Below, in pieces: positions 36,116 through 50,100 of a DNA stretch of 64,000 nucleotides. The translations under genes and the position numbers were made by a program. Position 1 is the first letter of the stretch, and every line of letters begins with the position of its first letter. This stretch comes from Hypanus sabinus (Eukaryota): assembly GCF_030144855.1 (NCBI RefSeq), contig NC_082734.1, forward strand, positions 17,112,001 through 17,176,000, given 5' to 3'. A model generated the notes under the pieces. It searched no databases, had not been told where the DNA came from, and was given only the letters and a program-made list of their open reading frames with translations.

Positions 36116-37800
36116 CTATACCAATAGGATGAAGAGCAGTAAAGTGCTATTGATATGTCCCAAGGACCTGAAAGTGCAAGTCCCAACAGTCAATTTTACC
36201 TTAACCAGAGATTCCAGTTGACAATATCCATCTTTGGCACTAGCCTCCCCACCACTGAGAACATCTTGAAAAAGCAGTGCCTCAGGAAGGTGGCATACTT
36301 CATTAAAGATCCTCACCACCCAGGACATACCCTTTTCTCATTACTACCATTGAGCAGTTGGCAGAGGAGCCCGAAGACCCACTCTCAATGATTAGAAACA
36401 GCCCTCCTGCCAACAGATTTCTGAACGCTTCACGAACATGACCTTGTTAATCGTCTTTCACACTGTTTACTTTGCAGTTTACAGTAACTTTTCATGTCTT
36501 ACACTGTACTGCTGCTGCAAAGCAACATATAATGCTCTACAAAACACTGGCGAGACTTGGGGTATGGTGCAATGCACACAAAATGCTTTGCTAGTGGATC
36601 AGCTGATCAGGCAGCACCTACAAACAGCTGAACCTTCATCAGAACTGGAAGGTACTGGGGAAAGAAGCCAGAAAAAAAAGGTGGGGGGAAGGGGAAGGAG
36701 TGCAACCTGACAGGTGATAGGTGAGACCAGGTGAGGGGCAAGATTGGATGAAGCAAGGAGGTGGGATGTGATAGGTGGAAGAGGTAAAGAGCTGAAGAAG
36801 GAATCTGATATGATAAGCCAGTGGACCATGGGAGAATGGGAAGGAGGAAGAGCACCATATGGAGGTGATAGACGGGAAGGGGAAGAGAAGGGATAAGAGG
36901 GGGGAGCCAGAATTGGAGTATTGCCTTCAGGTCTAGTCATCTCATCATAGATAGTATGTGGAAGATTAAGAGAGGGCGCAGTGGAGATTTGCCAGTTCGC
37001 TGACTGGATTAGAGAGCATGTCTTATTAGGACAGCTTGCTTAAGCTAGGGTTTTCCTCTTTGGAGCGAAGGAGGATGAGAGACAACTGGATAGAGGTGTA
37101 CAAGACAAGTATCATAGATACTGTGCACTGCCAGTGCCTTTCCCCCAGGCCGCAATGGCTAATACGAGAGGTCATACCGTACTTTTAAACAGGAGATAGT
37201 TAGGAGGCTTGTCAGGGGCGAGTGTTTTTATACGCGGAGAGCGGTAATTGCCGGGGAGGTGGTAGAAGCAGATACATTAACATTTAGATTCAGATAGGCA
37301 CATGGATGAAAGAAAAGCGGAGGGCTCAGTGGGAGGGAAGAGTTAGATGATCTTGGAGTAGGTTAAAAAGTCAGCACAACATCGTGGGCCGAAGGGCCTA
37401 TGTATACGCCAGTGATAATGAACCTGATTTTAATTCCGTTTTTTGAAACGCTTCCACATCCCACGAACAAAAAAAAAATACAGACACGCAGAAGTGACAC
37501 TGCAGGCGTCCAAAGTCATGTTCACTGTAATGGGTCACAGAACAAGAAGCATTAAAACAGTTTCAATCGCAGATTAGAGATACCACGAAGAAACACAGGA
37601 GGGAGGCGTTTATGTTACCGTGATTATCCTGCCCACTCCGCCTCGTTACCAAGCTATAACCACCCATCCGCTTCACCCTGCCCGCAGTTACTACGCAGAT
37701 ACTAACCGAATCGATTCCAATCATTCAGCTATCCTCCAGAACTTTCTTCAGCTGAGGGAGCCGTGCACGAACCACCGAGACCTCACAATCTACCCCTTAC

Positions 37801-37920
37801 TGTGCCCGACGCTGCATCAAAGTACCGAGACCTTGTGTTGGTCCGGAACCGCTTCAAGCGCACACATTTCCACTGGAAACTGTGCAACACCAGAGAAAAT
37901 CCGGCTGGAACTCCAACAGT
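37801..37920 (-). other. DDX59: Putative DDX59 first (mostly non-coding) exon
   Basis: CpG-rich segment ending in donor-like GGCACA|gtaagg at 37800; 5' boundary unknown. Confidence 0.4.
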
Positions 37921-38104
37921 CGTTTTCAAAAAAATACAATTTTCGTTAACGAATTGAAATTATGATTTATCTAATTATTTTAAACTGAATTCCTCTGCTC
38001 ACGTGCTCTCAATGGATGCTGGAAAATAAACAGTTTAGAAGAAGATGGAAATAGGAGCTCCTGGGACGTCAGTCCTCGGCGCCTGCGCAAGGAGTGAGTG
38101 TATG

Positions 38105-38141
38105 ATGGCGGCTGCTCTGTCCAGGGCGCTGAAGCTCCCAG
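38105..38141 (+). CDS. FAM234B: FAM234B-like exon 1 (MAAALSRALKLP-G); an in-frame ATG also lies at 38102
   Basis: Perfect donor CCAG|gtaagt. Confidence 0.9.
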
Positions 38142-41100
38142 GTAAGTGGCTGGGTCCGGAGAATGGAGCCTTCCACCAATGACGCGTCCATTTAGCCCCT
38201 CCACTGTCCTTCGTGGGCCCCGCCCCATCCTCCGATCCCTGTTTGTCCTGCTCCCCACATCCACAAACCTCACCCCCCACGATTTCTCTGTCTTCACACC
38301 ACACTCCTTTCCTCCCTCCCTCCTACTTCCCAACTACCCTTCTCAGACTCTCTCTCTCAAAATCTCTACTCTCTTCTTCTCCCTCACCTCTGTCTCATTC
38401 CCAATCCAGATTACCTGCCACCACGTACCCCTCCCTCCCACTCATGCCCTTCTTCCTTACCCCAACCTCCCCTCTACTCCTCCCTCTTACCATTTCACAA
38501 TGTCCCTCTCTCTGTTGCGCCCTTTCTCTCTCTTTCTTACCCCTCCTGTCCTCATCCTCAATCCCCTCCCTCTTCCACCTCCCTTACCCTCTACGCCTCT
38601 CCTGCCTCCTGCCTTACTCCCCTACTTTCTCATCCCTGTCTCTTTGTGACTAAAGATTGGGCTGAGATTTTGCAAAGAGTGGAAGTCATGTTAATGTGTG
38701 ACGACTACGTACCTGAGACTAAAGTGTCACTTTCTTCAATCTAATGTTTTCCAGGTAAAAAGTCCCATGATCTAGGAGAGTACGACCCTCTGCGGCAGGC
38801 TGACAGTGATGACAGTGCAGACGAAGGTGATGTCAACTATCAGAAAAATGGCAGCCTGCAGACTGAGGCGACCATTGAGGCTGTGCTCAACAGAGACGCA
38901 GACACTGTGGTTGAGATGCACTCGTTAAAGGTAAAACAATGCCGGTCAGATCCGCCCAGCTCAGCAGAGGTGCATGCGACTGAAGTGACAGACGAGTTCA
39001 CTACGAAAACCAGGGCTTCAATTCTTCCTTGCCTGCGGACATCTGCCTTCCTCCTCACTCTTATTTTGACCATGGTCCTGGTCTTAGTCTGTGCTTTCTT
39101 TATCCCGTGTCCGAAGAGGCATGCCTTGAAGACTTCGTGGAACAAAAGCCTCGGACAGGCAGCTGGTAAGCGATACTGAGAAGCTGGAGTGTAGTGGCAG
39201 CTCTGTTTATGTACGACACCCCTCATGACCTTCACATATTGTGTTGCAGAATGTGGGAGTAAGAGCTGGCAATCCCTTCAGGGTCATGTGACTAACCTCT
39301 GAAGTGCTAGGGTGAGGAGGTGCGTATGCTGGGTAGAAACCACACAGGCTCCAAAGGACAGGGAATCTGCCACCCTTTGGCACATTGCAGGTTTGGTGGG
39401 TATGATGTCTGGCAGGAAAGCCATTGGAAGACAGATAAAAGCACCAAACATTTCAATGATTAGTTCAGCACGCTTTGATCACTTTCCAGCGATAGGGTAA
39501 GCCTATGTGTTGGTGGAGATGTTATGAGAGTGCAACCCATGCCCTCTTTTTGTCACACCAGCTGTTAAGATAGAAGGAGCAAGTGATAGTATGTTTTGCT
39601 GCTTGTTGACCCTGCCTGTGGCTCAGTGTCCAGCATCTCCCAATGAGAAAGCAGCAAGGGCCTTTTACAAGTGAAATGCTCTGCATGATATACTTTTTAG
39701 TACTGTACACCATCTGCAAGGAAAACACTTCCCTCTTATGTAAGGTAGGCAGTGGTAGGCAGAAGCCTCAAGAGTGAGGGGTGAAATATTGCTGGGAACA
39801 AACAGGAATGCTAGAGTTAACGTTGCAATTGTGTCAGCCAGGATCTGATCTTGTTGAATGATGGAGTGAGCTCAAGGTCTCAGTGCCCTACTTCTTTTCC
39901 TAATTTGTACTTTGCAGAACGAAATGTGTCATTGCAAGTTACACGGCAATAGCTGGGATAATTACCAAGATTGTGCAACTTTGTTAGTGCAGCTTCAGCA
40001 ACAGTGTACCCTCAGGGTGGAGACGCAACATTTTCTATTCCGTCAGTCCATGGGCTCCTCTTGAGCCAAGATGAGGCCACCCTCAGGATGGAGGAGCAGT
40101 ACCTTGTATTCTGTCGGGGTAGCCTCCAACCTGATGGTACAAATATAGATTTTCTAGTAAAACAAAATCCCCTCCCTTCCTCTAGTCCCCACTCTGACCT
40201 TTTACCTCTTCTCATCTGCCTATCACTTTCCCTGTGTCCCATTCTCTTTCTCTTTCTCCTATGGTCCACTCTCCTCTCCCATCAGATTCTCCTCCAGCCC
40301 TCAACCTTTCCCACACCCCTGACTCCATCTATAACCTTCCAGCTAGCCTCCTTCACCTTCCCACCACCTTTCAATTCAGTCATCTACCCCTTTCCCTGTC
40401 AGTCCTGAGGAAGGGTCTCGGCCTGAAACGTTGACTTCATTTCCATAGATGCTGCCTGACCTCCTGAGTTTCTCCTGCATTTTGTGTGTGTATCTGCAGA
40501 CTTTCTGGTGTTTATAATATCTGGCGTGTACATAGTGCCTTTAAGATGGTTAAATATCCTCTGATCCTTCACAGGAGATTTTTTTTTCGTAGCTAAAAAA
40601 GATAACCAAAGTCACTTATAGAACATTTAGAGGTCGGCTTCAGAGAATATCTCAAAGGAGGATGGAAAATGGAGATGGTGAAAGATTTAGAGAGTGAAAT
40701 CAATTCTAGAGGTTAAAATCTAGTTTCGTCTCAACTTGTTTACTCCAAGGAGAAACCCTTCGGCTTCATTAGTCTAACCTTGGAGCTAATATCTGCAAGA
40801 AGATGAATCCCTCGATAGTACACAGTGACAAGTTTGTACTTTGATACTTTGAACTTTGAGCTGAAATTCTCATCGCTAGAACAGTTCTATTACTTTCTCT
40901 GGGACCTTCATGTTCTTTCAAAGTTAGTTGACCAGAACTGGATATAATACTCCATTTGTGGGCTAACTATGATTTGTACAACTTGAATCGTTGATTTTGC
41001 ACTCTATATTTTCCCACCTGTTATTAAATTGCTTAGGAATAGCAAGTGATCTATCTTTCTAACTAAATGTGAAAGACCCTGAATTTCTCCAGGAGGATGC

Positions 41101-44100
41101 ATATGGTTCTCCTATGCATTAACCAATGTCTTGGATAATCATGAAAATGTGTAAGATACGAGGCAACTAATATCCGTCTCAGTTACCAGCATGTAATAAT
41201 GGATAAGTATAATTGGTCAGTGGAGGTTTGTTCATTGCAGTTTTCTGGCCAGCAATGAAGCAGGCAGAGGACTAATCAAAGAAAGTATTTCTTTTATAGG
41301 ATGTAATTAGAATTTCTACACTACTTGTTGTCACTGACTGCTGTACAAACATTAAAGATTTGAGAAGGTTGGGAATGGGGAAGGGTGGAACAAAGGGAAT
41401 GTCTTTGATACGGTGAATAAGAAAATTAAACTGCTGAACGAACTCAGTGGGTCAGGCAGCATCTGATAAGGTTTCAGGTAATCTGCTCCTCTTCTGACCT
41501 TCTTCTCCGATCTACCGGTTATTCTTACACCCCTAATCAGCCCGTTTCTTTCCACTCCTATCTGCCCATCACCTGACACACTGCGCCCACTGAATTCTCT
41601 TCTCCTCTCTGTCCCATTAGCCCAGCCCACCTCCCGTGTTTGGTTCCACGCTCACCCTCCCTTTCCTCTCAGATTCCATTATCTGTAGCTCTTTGTTGGC
41701 TCCTAGCCTTTATCACATTTTCTACTTTGCCCTTCCTCCCCTGGATTCACCTATCACATGTCAGATCTTGCACCATCTCTTGCCCTCACCTCTTTATGCT
41801 GGCTGTCTTCCCCTCTGTCTTCCAGTCCAGATGAAGGGTCCCGACCTTCACATTGACTGGTTCTCCAGCCAATTGTGCTTTGGTTCCTGATCTCATCATC
41901 GATGGTCCCTTGTGCAGAGGTGGTGGAATGAGATACAGTCGCAATGTTTAAGAGTCGTTTAGACAGGCGCTTAAATCGCGAGGACGTGGTCTGAATGTGG
42001 CAGTGGATCTGTGTAGATGGGCAAAAAAAGGCCATCGTGGACAGGATATGCTGCTGCCTCACAGTTTCAGTCCTGACCTCCGGTGCTGTCTATGTGGAGT
42101 TTGCATGTTCTCCCTGTAGTCCTGTCTCTTTCCACTGGCTGGTCCTCCCATTCCACAAAGTTGGGAGGTTTCTAGGGTAATTTGGCACTATAAATTGAAG
42201 GTGAATGGGAGAGTCTGGGGTGGGGTTGCTGGTGAGAGGGGCCCGATGAGAATGTGGAGAGAGTAAAGTAGGATCGATGTACGATTAGTGAAACTATGCA
42301 GTGTCGGGTGGCTCAGACGTGGTGGGTGAAGAGCCTGTTTCTGTGCTGTGTCTCTGACTGCATTTTGTAAGGTCCCTGGTAAAGGCAGCTCCTTACCCAC
42401 TGAAGGAATGAGGAGCTCAGCAAGTCAGACAGCATCTGTGGAAATGATTAAAGAGTCGACTTCTCGGGCCAAGACCCTTCATCAGAACTGGAGAGGAAAG
42501 GGAGGAAAATCCAGAATAAGAAGTGGAGAGGGGGGATGGAGGCAGGTAATGGGTGAAACAAGTGACGGGGAGGGTGGTATTCTGAGAAGCTGGGAGGGGA
42601 TGGGTGGAAAGGCTGAAGAAGGAAGCTGACAGAAGAGGAGAATGAGCCGTAAGGGAGGGAGAGGGGAGCGATGGGCAGGTGAGCAGAGAAAGTGTGAGAG
42701 GGGAACCAGAATGGGGAATGGAAAAAGAGAGAAGGGGGAGGGGAGAGGACGGACCAGAAGTTAGTGAAAGTGATGTTCATGCCGTTAGGTTGGAAGTTGC
42801 ATGGACGGAACGTGGTGTTACTCCTCCAACTTGAAATTGGCTTCATTGTACTAGAGGAGGTCATGGAACGACATGTTAGAATGGGAAGTAGAATTAAGAT
42901 GGGTTGCCACCAGGAAATCCCACCTTTAGTGGTGGATGGAGCGAAAGCTCTCTTTACAACCCTCTGATGCATAGATTTACAACCCTCAGGAATTATAGAT
43001 CTGTATTCCTGATCCCTTTGTACCACGGACACCTCAGTACCCTACAATTCATTGTAAGTTCCACCTAGTTTGTTCTGCCAAAGTGCAACACCTCATATTT
43101 GTCTGCGTTAAATTCCATCTCCTGTTTTTCAGCTTTTTTTCTGCTGCCCCAAATACTGCTGCGAGTTTCAACAGTCATTCTTGCTGTTCACTACAACGCC
43201 AATTGTGGTGTCATCTGCAAAAATGCTGTTCCAGGTTACCACATTCTCATCTAAATCTTTAATATAGATGCTGAACAACAGCAGACAGCACACCACTAGT
43301 TACAGGCCTCCAGTCAGGGAGACAACCATCTACTATCACTCTCTGTATTCTCCCACTAAACCAATGCTGAATCCAATTTACTACTTCATCTTGGCCAAAC
43401 CTTCTGGACCAGCCTCCCATGTGGGACTTGGTCAAAGTCCATCGCCTTCCTTTCTTCAACCTTATTGGTTATCTGCCCAGCAAAACAAAAACCTCTATAA
43501 AATTGTGATGTTGAAAGGGTGAACTTTTGGTCTCCCCTCTCACTGTGGAAGGAGCATGTCAAAGTGCTGGGTTATGGATTGCATTTTCTGATGGTCCTAG
43601 GCCATGGTCTCTTTGTGGGCTTTGCTTGCTTGGTGGGTGGTGGGAGGAAGGGAGTGTTGCTTTGGGGGTTTTGAAGTTTTTCTGTCATTCATTCTTTGGG
43701 GTTTTCTTTTGTGGAAGTCTGTGAAGAGTAAGAATTTCAGGTTGTGTACTGTATACATTCCCTGATATTGACTGGAACCCTTGAACCATTGAATAAACCC
43801 ACCTCAGGGATTTCAAGAGGAGATGGTTACAGTAATGGGAGATGAAGTGAAAGTCGCTGTTATGTAAGAACAAATAATTTTTAAGAATAGTTAGAAATGC
43901 CCAATAAGCCTTACCTTCTCAAACAAGCTGTCCTCATGCCCTGGATGTTTCAGCTTACCCGCTTGTTTGTGTCTCTCCAGAAGCTTATGATTACTATCCT
44001 CCCTGTTAACTTAGTCTTTTGTTTTCCTTCCACAGGTTTCCCACCAGCGATCACCCTTTGGGATGTCAACAATGACCAAGTTTCTGACGTTATTATTTCG

Positions 44101-47100
44101 TTCAGCTCCACTGGGAAAGTCCGAGACCAAAGAGGCGCCCTCAGGTCACAAGGTAATATAAGGCAGGATTTGGCCAATTCAGTTAACATCACTGTCCCAT
44201 TTTGACGGGCTTTGTAACCATTTCAGAGTGGTACCTACAAAACCCATCTCTGATTACTGTTGCAGAGTTTTTGAAACCCACTGCTGCAGAATCACACCCT
44301 TAAAAGCCCTGGTTTCAAACTCTTGAAATCTACGGTGATATTCCTTGAGGTTCTCCCTGCCTTTCAGTCCTGCCCCTGCATGAGTTATCTCCCAGTCAGT
44401 CGTTCACACTCATCATTATCAATCTCTATGGTGTCCTGCACTCAGTGATCTTGCCTCTGAGCTATCTCCCAGGCACTGTGACTCTGCTCCCACCCACACT
44501 CGCTCTCCAGACTGGACCGTGACCTTGTCTGTTCTCCCCTTCCCTCCTAATTCTTCCACTCTTGTGCGCAGATGAGGCATGTAACTAAACGCGGGCGTGT
44601 AATAGTGAGTTAACTTTGGTGAATGTTTCTTAGCGCTGACAACCTGCTGACGCGTTTGCTAGGAATCAAATGTACTGAACTGGAATCCAGTAAGAAGAAC
44701 AGCAAGGCTGTTTTTATCAGTGGTGTAGACAAGGCATAGAAGGACACAGTCCTAATGGGGCAAGTGGAATTACTGTGGATGGGCAAAAAGGTCTGTGTGG
44801 ATAAGTTGGCTTCGAAGGGCCCATTTCTGTGCTGTATGACTTTGAGGAGGTTACATGTGTCTATATTCTGAGTTCTCAGTAACTGGCAGTTCCGCAAACT
44901 GAATCTGTTTGTGAGAAACAAGGGAAAATCTGCAGACCAGCAGGACTTCGGGTTTCGGCCCAAAACGTCGACTGCTTATGAGTAAACATAGACTATTATT
45001 CGTAGGGGATTTAATGGAGGTGTTAATGGGCATATGTAAGGGATTAGGTTACAGGGAATTCAGTAGTGGAATGGGATTAACTGAATAGCTCTGAGAGTCA
45101 ATGAGCCAAATGATCTCCCATATTATAGGAAATAAGATGAATGTACAGTACTGTGAAACAGCCTTAAGCACATGTGCCTAAGGTGCCCAAGACTTTTGCA
45201 CAGAACTGTAGTAATTTTCTGCATTGCACTGTACTGGTGCTGCAAAAAAAAGCAAATTTCATGACATGTGAGTGCTGATAAATCTGATTCTGATAGTGGG
45301 AAGGGGGCAGGGAGAGGGGAATCATGGTTGGGGAAAGGAGAAGGGGTAGGGGAGGGAGCAGGAAGCACCAGAGAGACATTCTGTAATGATCAATAAGCCA
45401 AATGTTTGGAATCAAATGGCCTTGCCTGGTGTCTCAGGGCTGGGTGTGTCTGCATCTGCATCACCCCCCACTACCGACTCTCCTCCGTGGCACTTCACAT
45501 TGACAAGTACAGTCCTGTGCAGAAGTCTCAGGCGGCCTAGCTGTGTATAGGTGCCTACGGACTTTGTACAGTATTGTGAGCGTCACAGGTCAGGATAGTT
45601 CCCCATTTCCAGCCTCCACGGTCACGAGCAGTCTGCCATTTGATATTGTTGAGTCTGCACCCGAGGAAGGGTGTGGAGCAACAGCACCCTGACGGAGAAC
45701 GCCAACTGCAAGCTGACAGACCTGTGACCTTGGAGAGGTTACAAGGCCAAGGAGAGGTTACCTCGGTACACTGGGCATCTCGTCTTCACCATCAAGGGGG
45801 TTCTGGACAGTGCCAAGTGCATTAGTCTGCATTAGTAGCAAAGTGAATAACCCGGTAGTTGTCAGGAAGTGTGAGCGTGACTTCTTTTTTGTTTCCTCAG
45901 CCAGCTTGAAGCTCCAAGTGTCGGTGGCGGTGTTGTCAGGGGCGGACGGCAGTGTTCTGTGGACGACCCCAGCCTCTGAGCGGCTGAAGTTCATCCACTG
46001 TGGCGTCGGCTACACTGATGGAAAGGGCACCATCTGCATCCTGGTTGGAGTCAATCATATGCTGAAGGCTGTTAACAGCAGCTCAGGTGTGCAGGCCTCC
46101 CCCCCCCCCACCCCCCAAAAACACCCCACCCTCGCCTAAGAGAGCCTGGAAACCTGCCCTCAAAACTTTGTGGTATCTGGGTGTCTCCTCCAGAACGTTC
46201 TGCTGCAGGACTCTTATAGAACTGAGCCACTGTAACAAAGCCAAGTTGTTTCAGAACGTACCCACCAGGCCCGCTTGTTACAGAACATTCCCACTGTAAC
46301 CGGCCCTGTTGCTATGGAACATTGCCACTGTAACTGGCTTGGGATGCTTGGGCTGTTAACCGTGCCCCATTGCCGCGGGTCGTTCCGGCTGTTATAGTGA
46401 AACCTCTGTTGCAATGTCTCTGTACAAACGATTGCCTAATTTTCACTGTGTTACAGGAAATAGCTTCTGGGAAATGAAAAGTGTGTACCCTTCCCATCGG
46501 AGTCCAGCTGCCCCGCCTGTGCAGCTCCCGGACATTGACGGCGACGGCTTTGGAGACATACTGCTCGGGAGCAGGCCGGCTACATTGGTATGGGACCACT
46601 CTCACCTTCAACCAGAGTAACTTCAGAACTCCTTTAAATAAGCCGCTGCTAAACTGGTACATTCTCTTCCCATCTGTACTGTAGTTTTGCTCAGAAAGTA
46701 AATCTACGTGGGAGTGCCCATTTGCTGTTCAGTCCGGTGAGGCATTTGACCGGGAGAAGATCCTTCATGGAAATTCACGGCACTGTTCTCGGTTTCATGG
46801 CCTCGGGATACGGGGGCACTAGGTTATCAGCTGATGGCTCTTTAATGGGGGATTGCATTAAGCTGCAGTGAATTTGAACTGTACAACAGAAGCAGAGAAT
46901 TGTCCTGCTGACTGAGCCACCGTTAATGTTGTTGAAAGGACAGAGATTAGTAACACAGTCAGCTACTTCCCTGTCTGGTATGTTGATACTGCAATTCCCA
47001 TTAACAGTGACGTCGCTTCAGTGCTGAGGATCATTCTGAGGGCTGAGATGGTATGGTGTAAATATAGACTCCTGGCTCAGGGCTGCCCTTTGCAGTAACC

Positions 47101-50100
47101 CCAAGGTCATTCTCAAACTGAGACCAGTCTGGTCATAGAACAGAAAACAGTACAGCACAGGGACAGGCCATTCGGCCCACAGTGTTGTGCTGAACCAGCT
47201 ACAAGGCAAATCTGAAACACCCAGTCACTAATCCCTCCTACCTACACCAGGTCCATCTTCATCCATGATCAGTTAACACTTCTCAGTATATTGTTAACTG
47301 TGAGAATGGGGCTCTTTGTACTCTCCAGCCATTTCAGATGTGTATGAGTAAGTGCCCTTTACCCCAGGTGCCCAGATCTTGCCAGCAACTCTTGCCTAAG
47401 AGCCACATCCCATCAGCGCTCTATTCACACCGCCAGACTAAAGAACTACCCTGTGATAAGACTGTTAGACATAGGAGCACAATTCCGCGATTTGGCCCAT
47501 CAAGTCTGCTCCACCATTCCACCATGTCGTATTTATCATCCCTCTCAACCCCATTCTCCTGCCTTCTCCCTGTAACTTGGGTCTTTCATTGATTCTATCA
47601 TGGTTCCTGGATTTACTGAGTATGCCCACAAGGAAACGAATCAAGGTTGTAAACTTTGATGCCCTTACTAATCAAGAACCTATCAATCTCCGCTTTAAGT
47701 ACACCCAATGACTTGGCCTCCACAGCCGTCCTTAGCAATGAATTCCACAAATTCACCACCCTCTGGCTAAAGAAATATCTCCTCATCTCTGTTCTGAAGG
47801 GATATCCTTGTATTTTGAGGGTCTCCCCACTGGTCCTAGATTTCTCCACTGTAGGAAACATCCTCTCCATGTCCATTCTGTCTATGCCTTTCAATATTTG
47901 TTGGCTTTCAATGAGATTTCCCCCCTCCATCTTTCTAAGCTCCAGCGAGTGGCCTCTCACTCCCACCCAGTGTTTTGATTGCACTGCTCTAAAGGGCTCA
48001 CATACCTGTTTCTATCTAGCACTCTGCATCCTCTCACTCCCTCACTCTATCCATTGCACTGGCCTACAGGGCACCTTACACTGTCCCTGCTCAGTGGCTC
48101 TGCATGTACTCTGCTATCCTAACTGGGACAGATACCTGGACCTCTCCAGTGCCATATTTACTTCATCAGTCCCCAAGAAGTCACACTGATGGCATTTAGA
48201 CATATAGAACTAAACTTGTATGTGTTTTTATTTGTCTGTTTACCTGTCCATCCATCATCTATCTATCCATTCAGCATGAAACAGGCCCTTCCAGCCCAAC
48301 GAGCTTCATTGCCCAGCAACTCGCCTGTTGAACTCTAACTTAATGACCGGACAGTTTACAATGACCAGTTAACCTATTAGCCGGTACGTCTCTGGAGTGT
48401 AGGAGGAAACTGGAGCACCTGGAGGAAAGATGAGTTCCACAGACGGGACATACAAACTTCTTACAGTATTGAACTCCAAACTCTGACGCCGAGATGTAAT
48501 AGCATGATGCTGCGCCCGGTGCCCTCTCCATCCATAACCCTGCACCAGGGCAACCTGCAAATGCACGGTGCCACCTGCACCCTATGCCAGTCTAAGGCAT
48601 CCATATGCTGTGTCTGAGTCAGTGCTGACTGTGCTAGTCCAAAGATCCAACTATGGGTACTGTGCCAGTCTTGGAGATAGGGACTTGTGTAGTACCCCTG
48701 CCTATTGCTGATTTTAAAACTATCGTAAGATCCTTTTTGATATTGGGTAGACGTGGGTGGTGCTGGTAATGGCCAGCTGTACTCATCAAATAATTATGTA
48801 CAACACCACTACGGGTACCATTTCCTCTGTGTGGTATAGAGGAGCAAGATCTGTGTGTTTATAAAGTAGGTCCATCCTCTTCATCAGCAGGACTCTACAT
48901 TGCTCTGTGGTGCTGACTGAACTGTGATTTTGCTGAATTGATAACGCTATGGATCTTAATCTGTTGTTACTCAGTGTTTGTTGCCCCAGTAGAGAGGTGC
49001 CACAGGGATCTCCGGAGCTTCAGGAAATCATCATCCCTGGTGTATAGACTCAACATCGTGAGCAGTGTAGACATGTTTTTTTACAATGCCATATCAAAAA
49101 AGCAGTTTGTATTGAGTTGGAGTCACTAATCTGGCAGTCCGACCGTTTCATTGGAGAGTATTAATAAACCCGTTCGATTTTTAAGACAATCCAGCACTGT
49201 CTTCAGTCACATTTACTGTTTTTTTTAATTGAAAAATGTTTAACAGAAGTTGATACAATAGTTAAAAGGCATCTGGAGCCTAAGCGTTCTCCATCTATCT
49301 CTGAAATAAAAGCATAGTTTTCAAAAGTAAGGATGTTGTGTCAAGCCTTTGTAACTCACAGATGAGACCCTTGCTGGAGTATTATGACCATTTTAGGCAT
49401 TACATTCTCATTATGATGTCAATGCCTTGAAGAAGGTGCAGAGGAGATTTAGCAGGACACCTGGGAGCTGAGACTGCCTCTGTTACGTGGAGAGTTAGAG
49501 CAGAGAAGGAAATAAAATTCATGTCTCTATTTGGCATTTGGGTTTGAAGCCAAACCCTCTGCATTTGTTAATCAAGTCCAGATAAACAATCAATAACCCC
49601 TTGATCCCAACAGGCAGCTTCTCAAGGCCACTCTGATGAGGGTGGCCTTGTGTAGAGGATCAGGAGGTGCTGGCAATGAGTTCACCCAAGTTAGATAGAG
49701 GAAGCAGAACCAAAGCTGAATGTTACTCTAATTAATTCTTTCTATTCCAGACCAATCGGATTCATGATGTGTCCTTTGTGTTTGTGTCTGGAGCAACTGG
49801 GGCCCTGATTGGTCAGCCGGTAACTTATAATGTCACTGGTGAAGGCAAGCTGATTGGCCCGAAAGCCTGTGTGTCTGGCGAAGGGGCGCTCTACGTTCTC
49901 TTTGGCTATGGTAAGCAAAAGGCACAAATTTGTCTTCCCAATCGCTCTAAATGTTTCATTGCCATTTCCTTGCACGATTTCTGCCTTTCCCATCCAAGGC
50001 CATGGCCACCTTAGTGCTCACATTGGTGGTGGGTTGTGACCATTTATCAGTCATATTTCTTTTCCAGTGACAGGTAGGTTTCAGTGTTTGTCAGCTGGCC

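Larger units (their letters stand above)
37800..38230. promoter_or_regulatory. Bidirectional promoter shared by DDX59 and the FAM234B-like gene
   Basis: Divergent genes and CpG enrichment; E-box CACGTG 38000-38005, GACGTCA 38065-38071, NRF1-type GCGCCTGCGCA 38079-38089, YY1-type ATGGCGGC over the start codon, CCAAT near 38176, GC box near 38219. Confidence 0.7.

Noticed and set aside
38146-38653. Long Pro/Leu/Ser-rich ORFs (also 63322-63762 and 34199-34489)
   Set aside because: Pyrimidine-rich low-complexity DNA is depleted of stop codons; no protein features.
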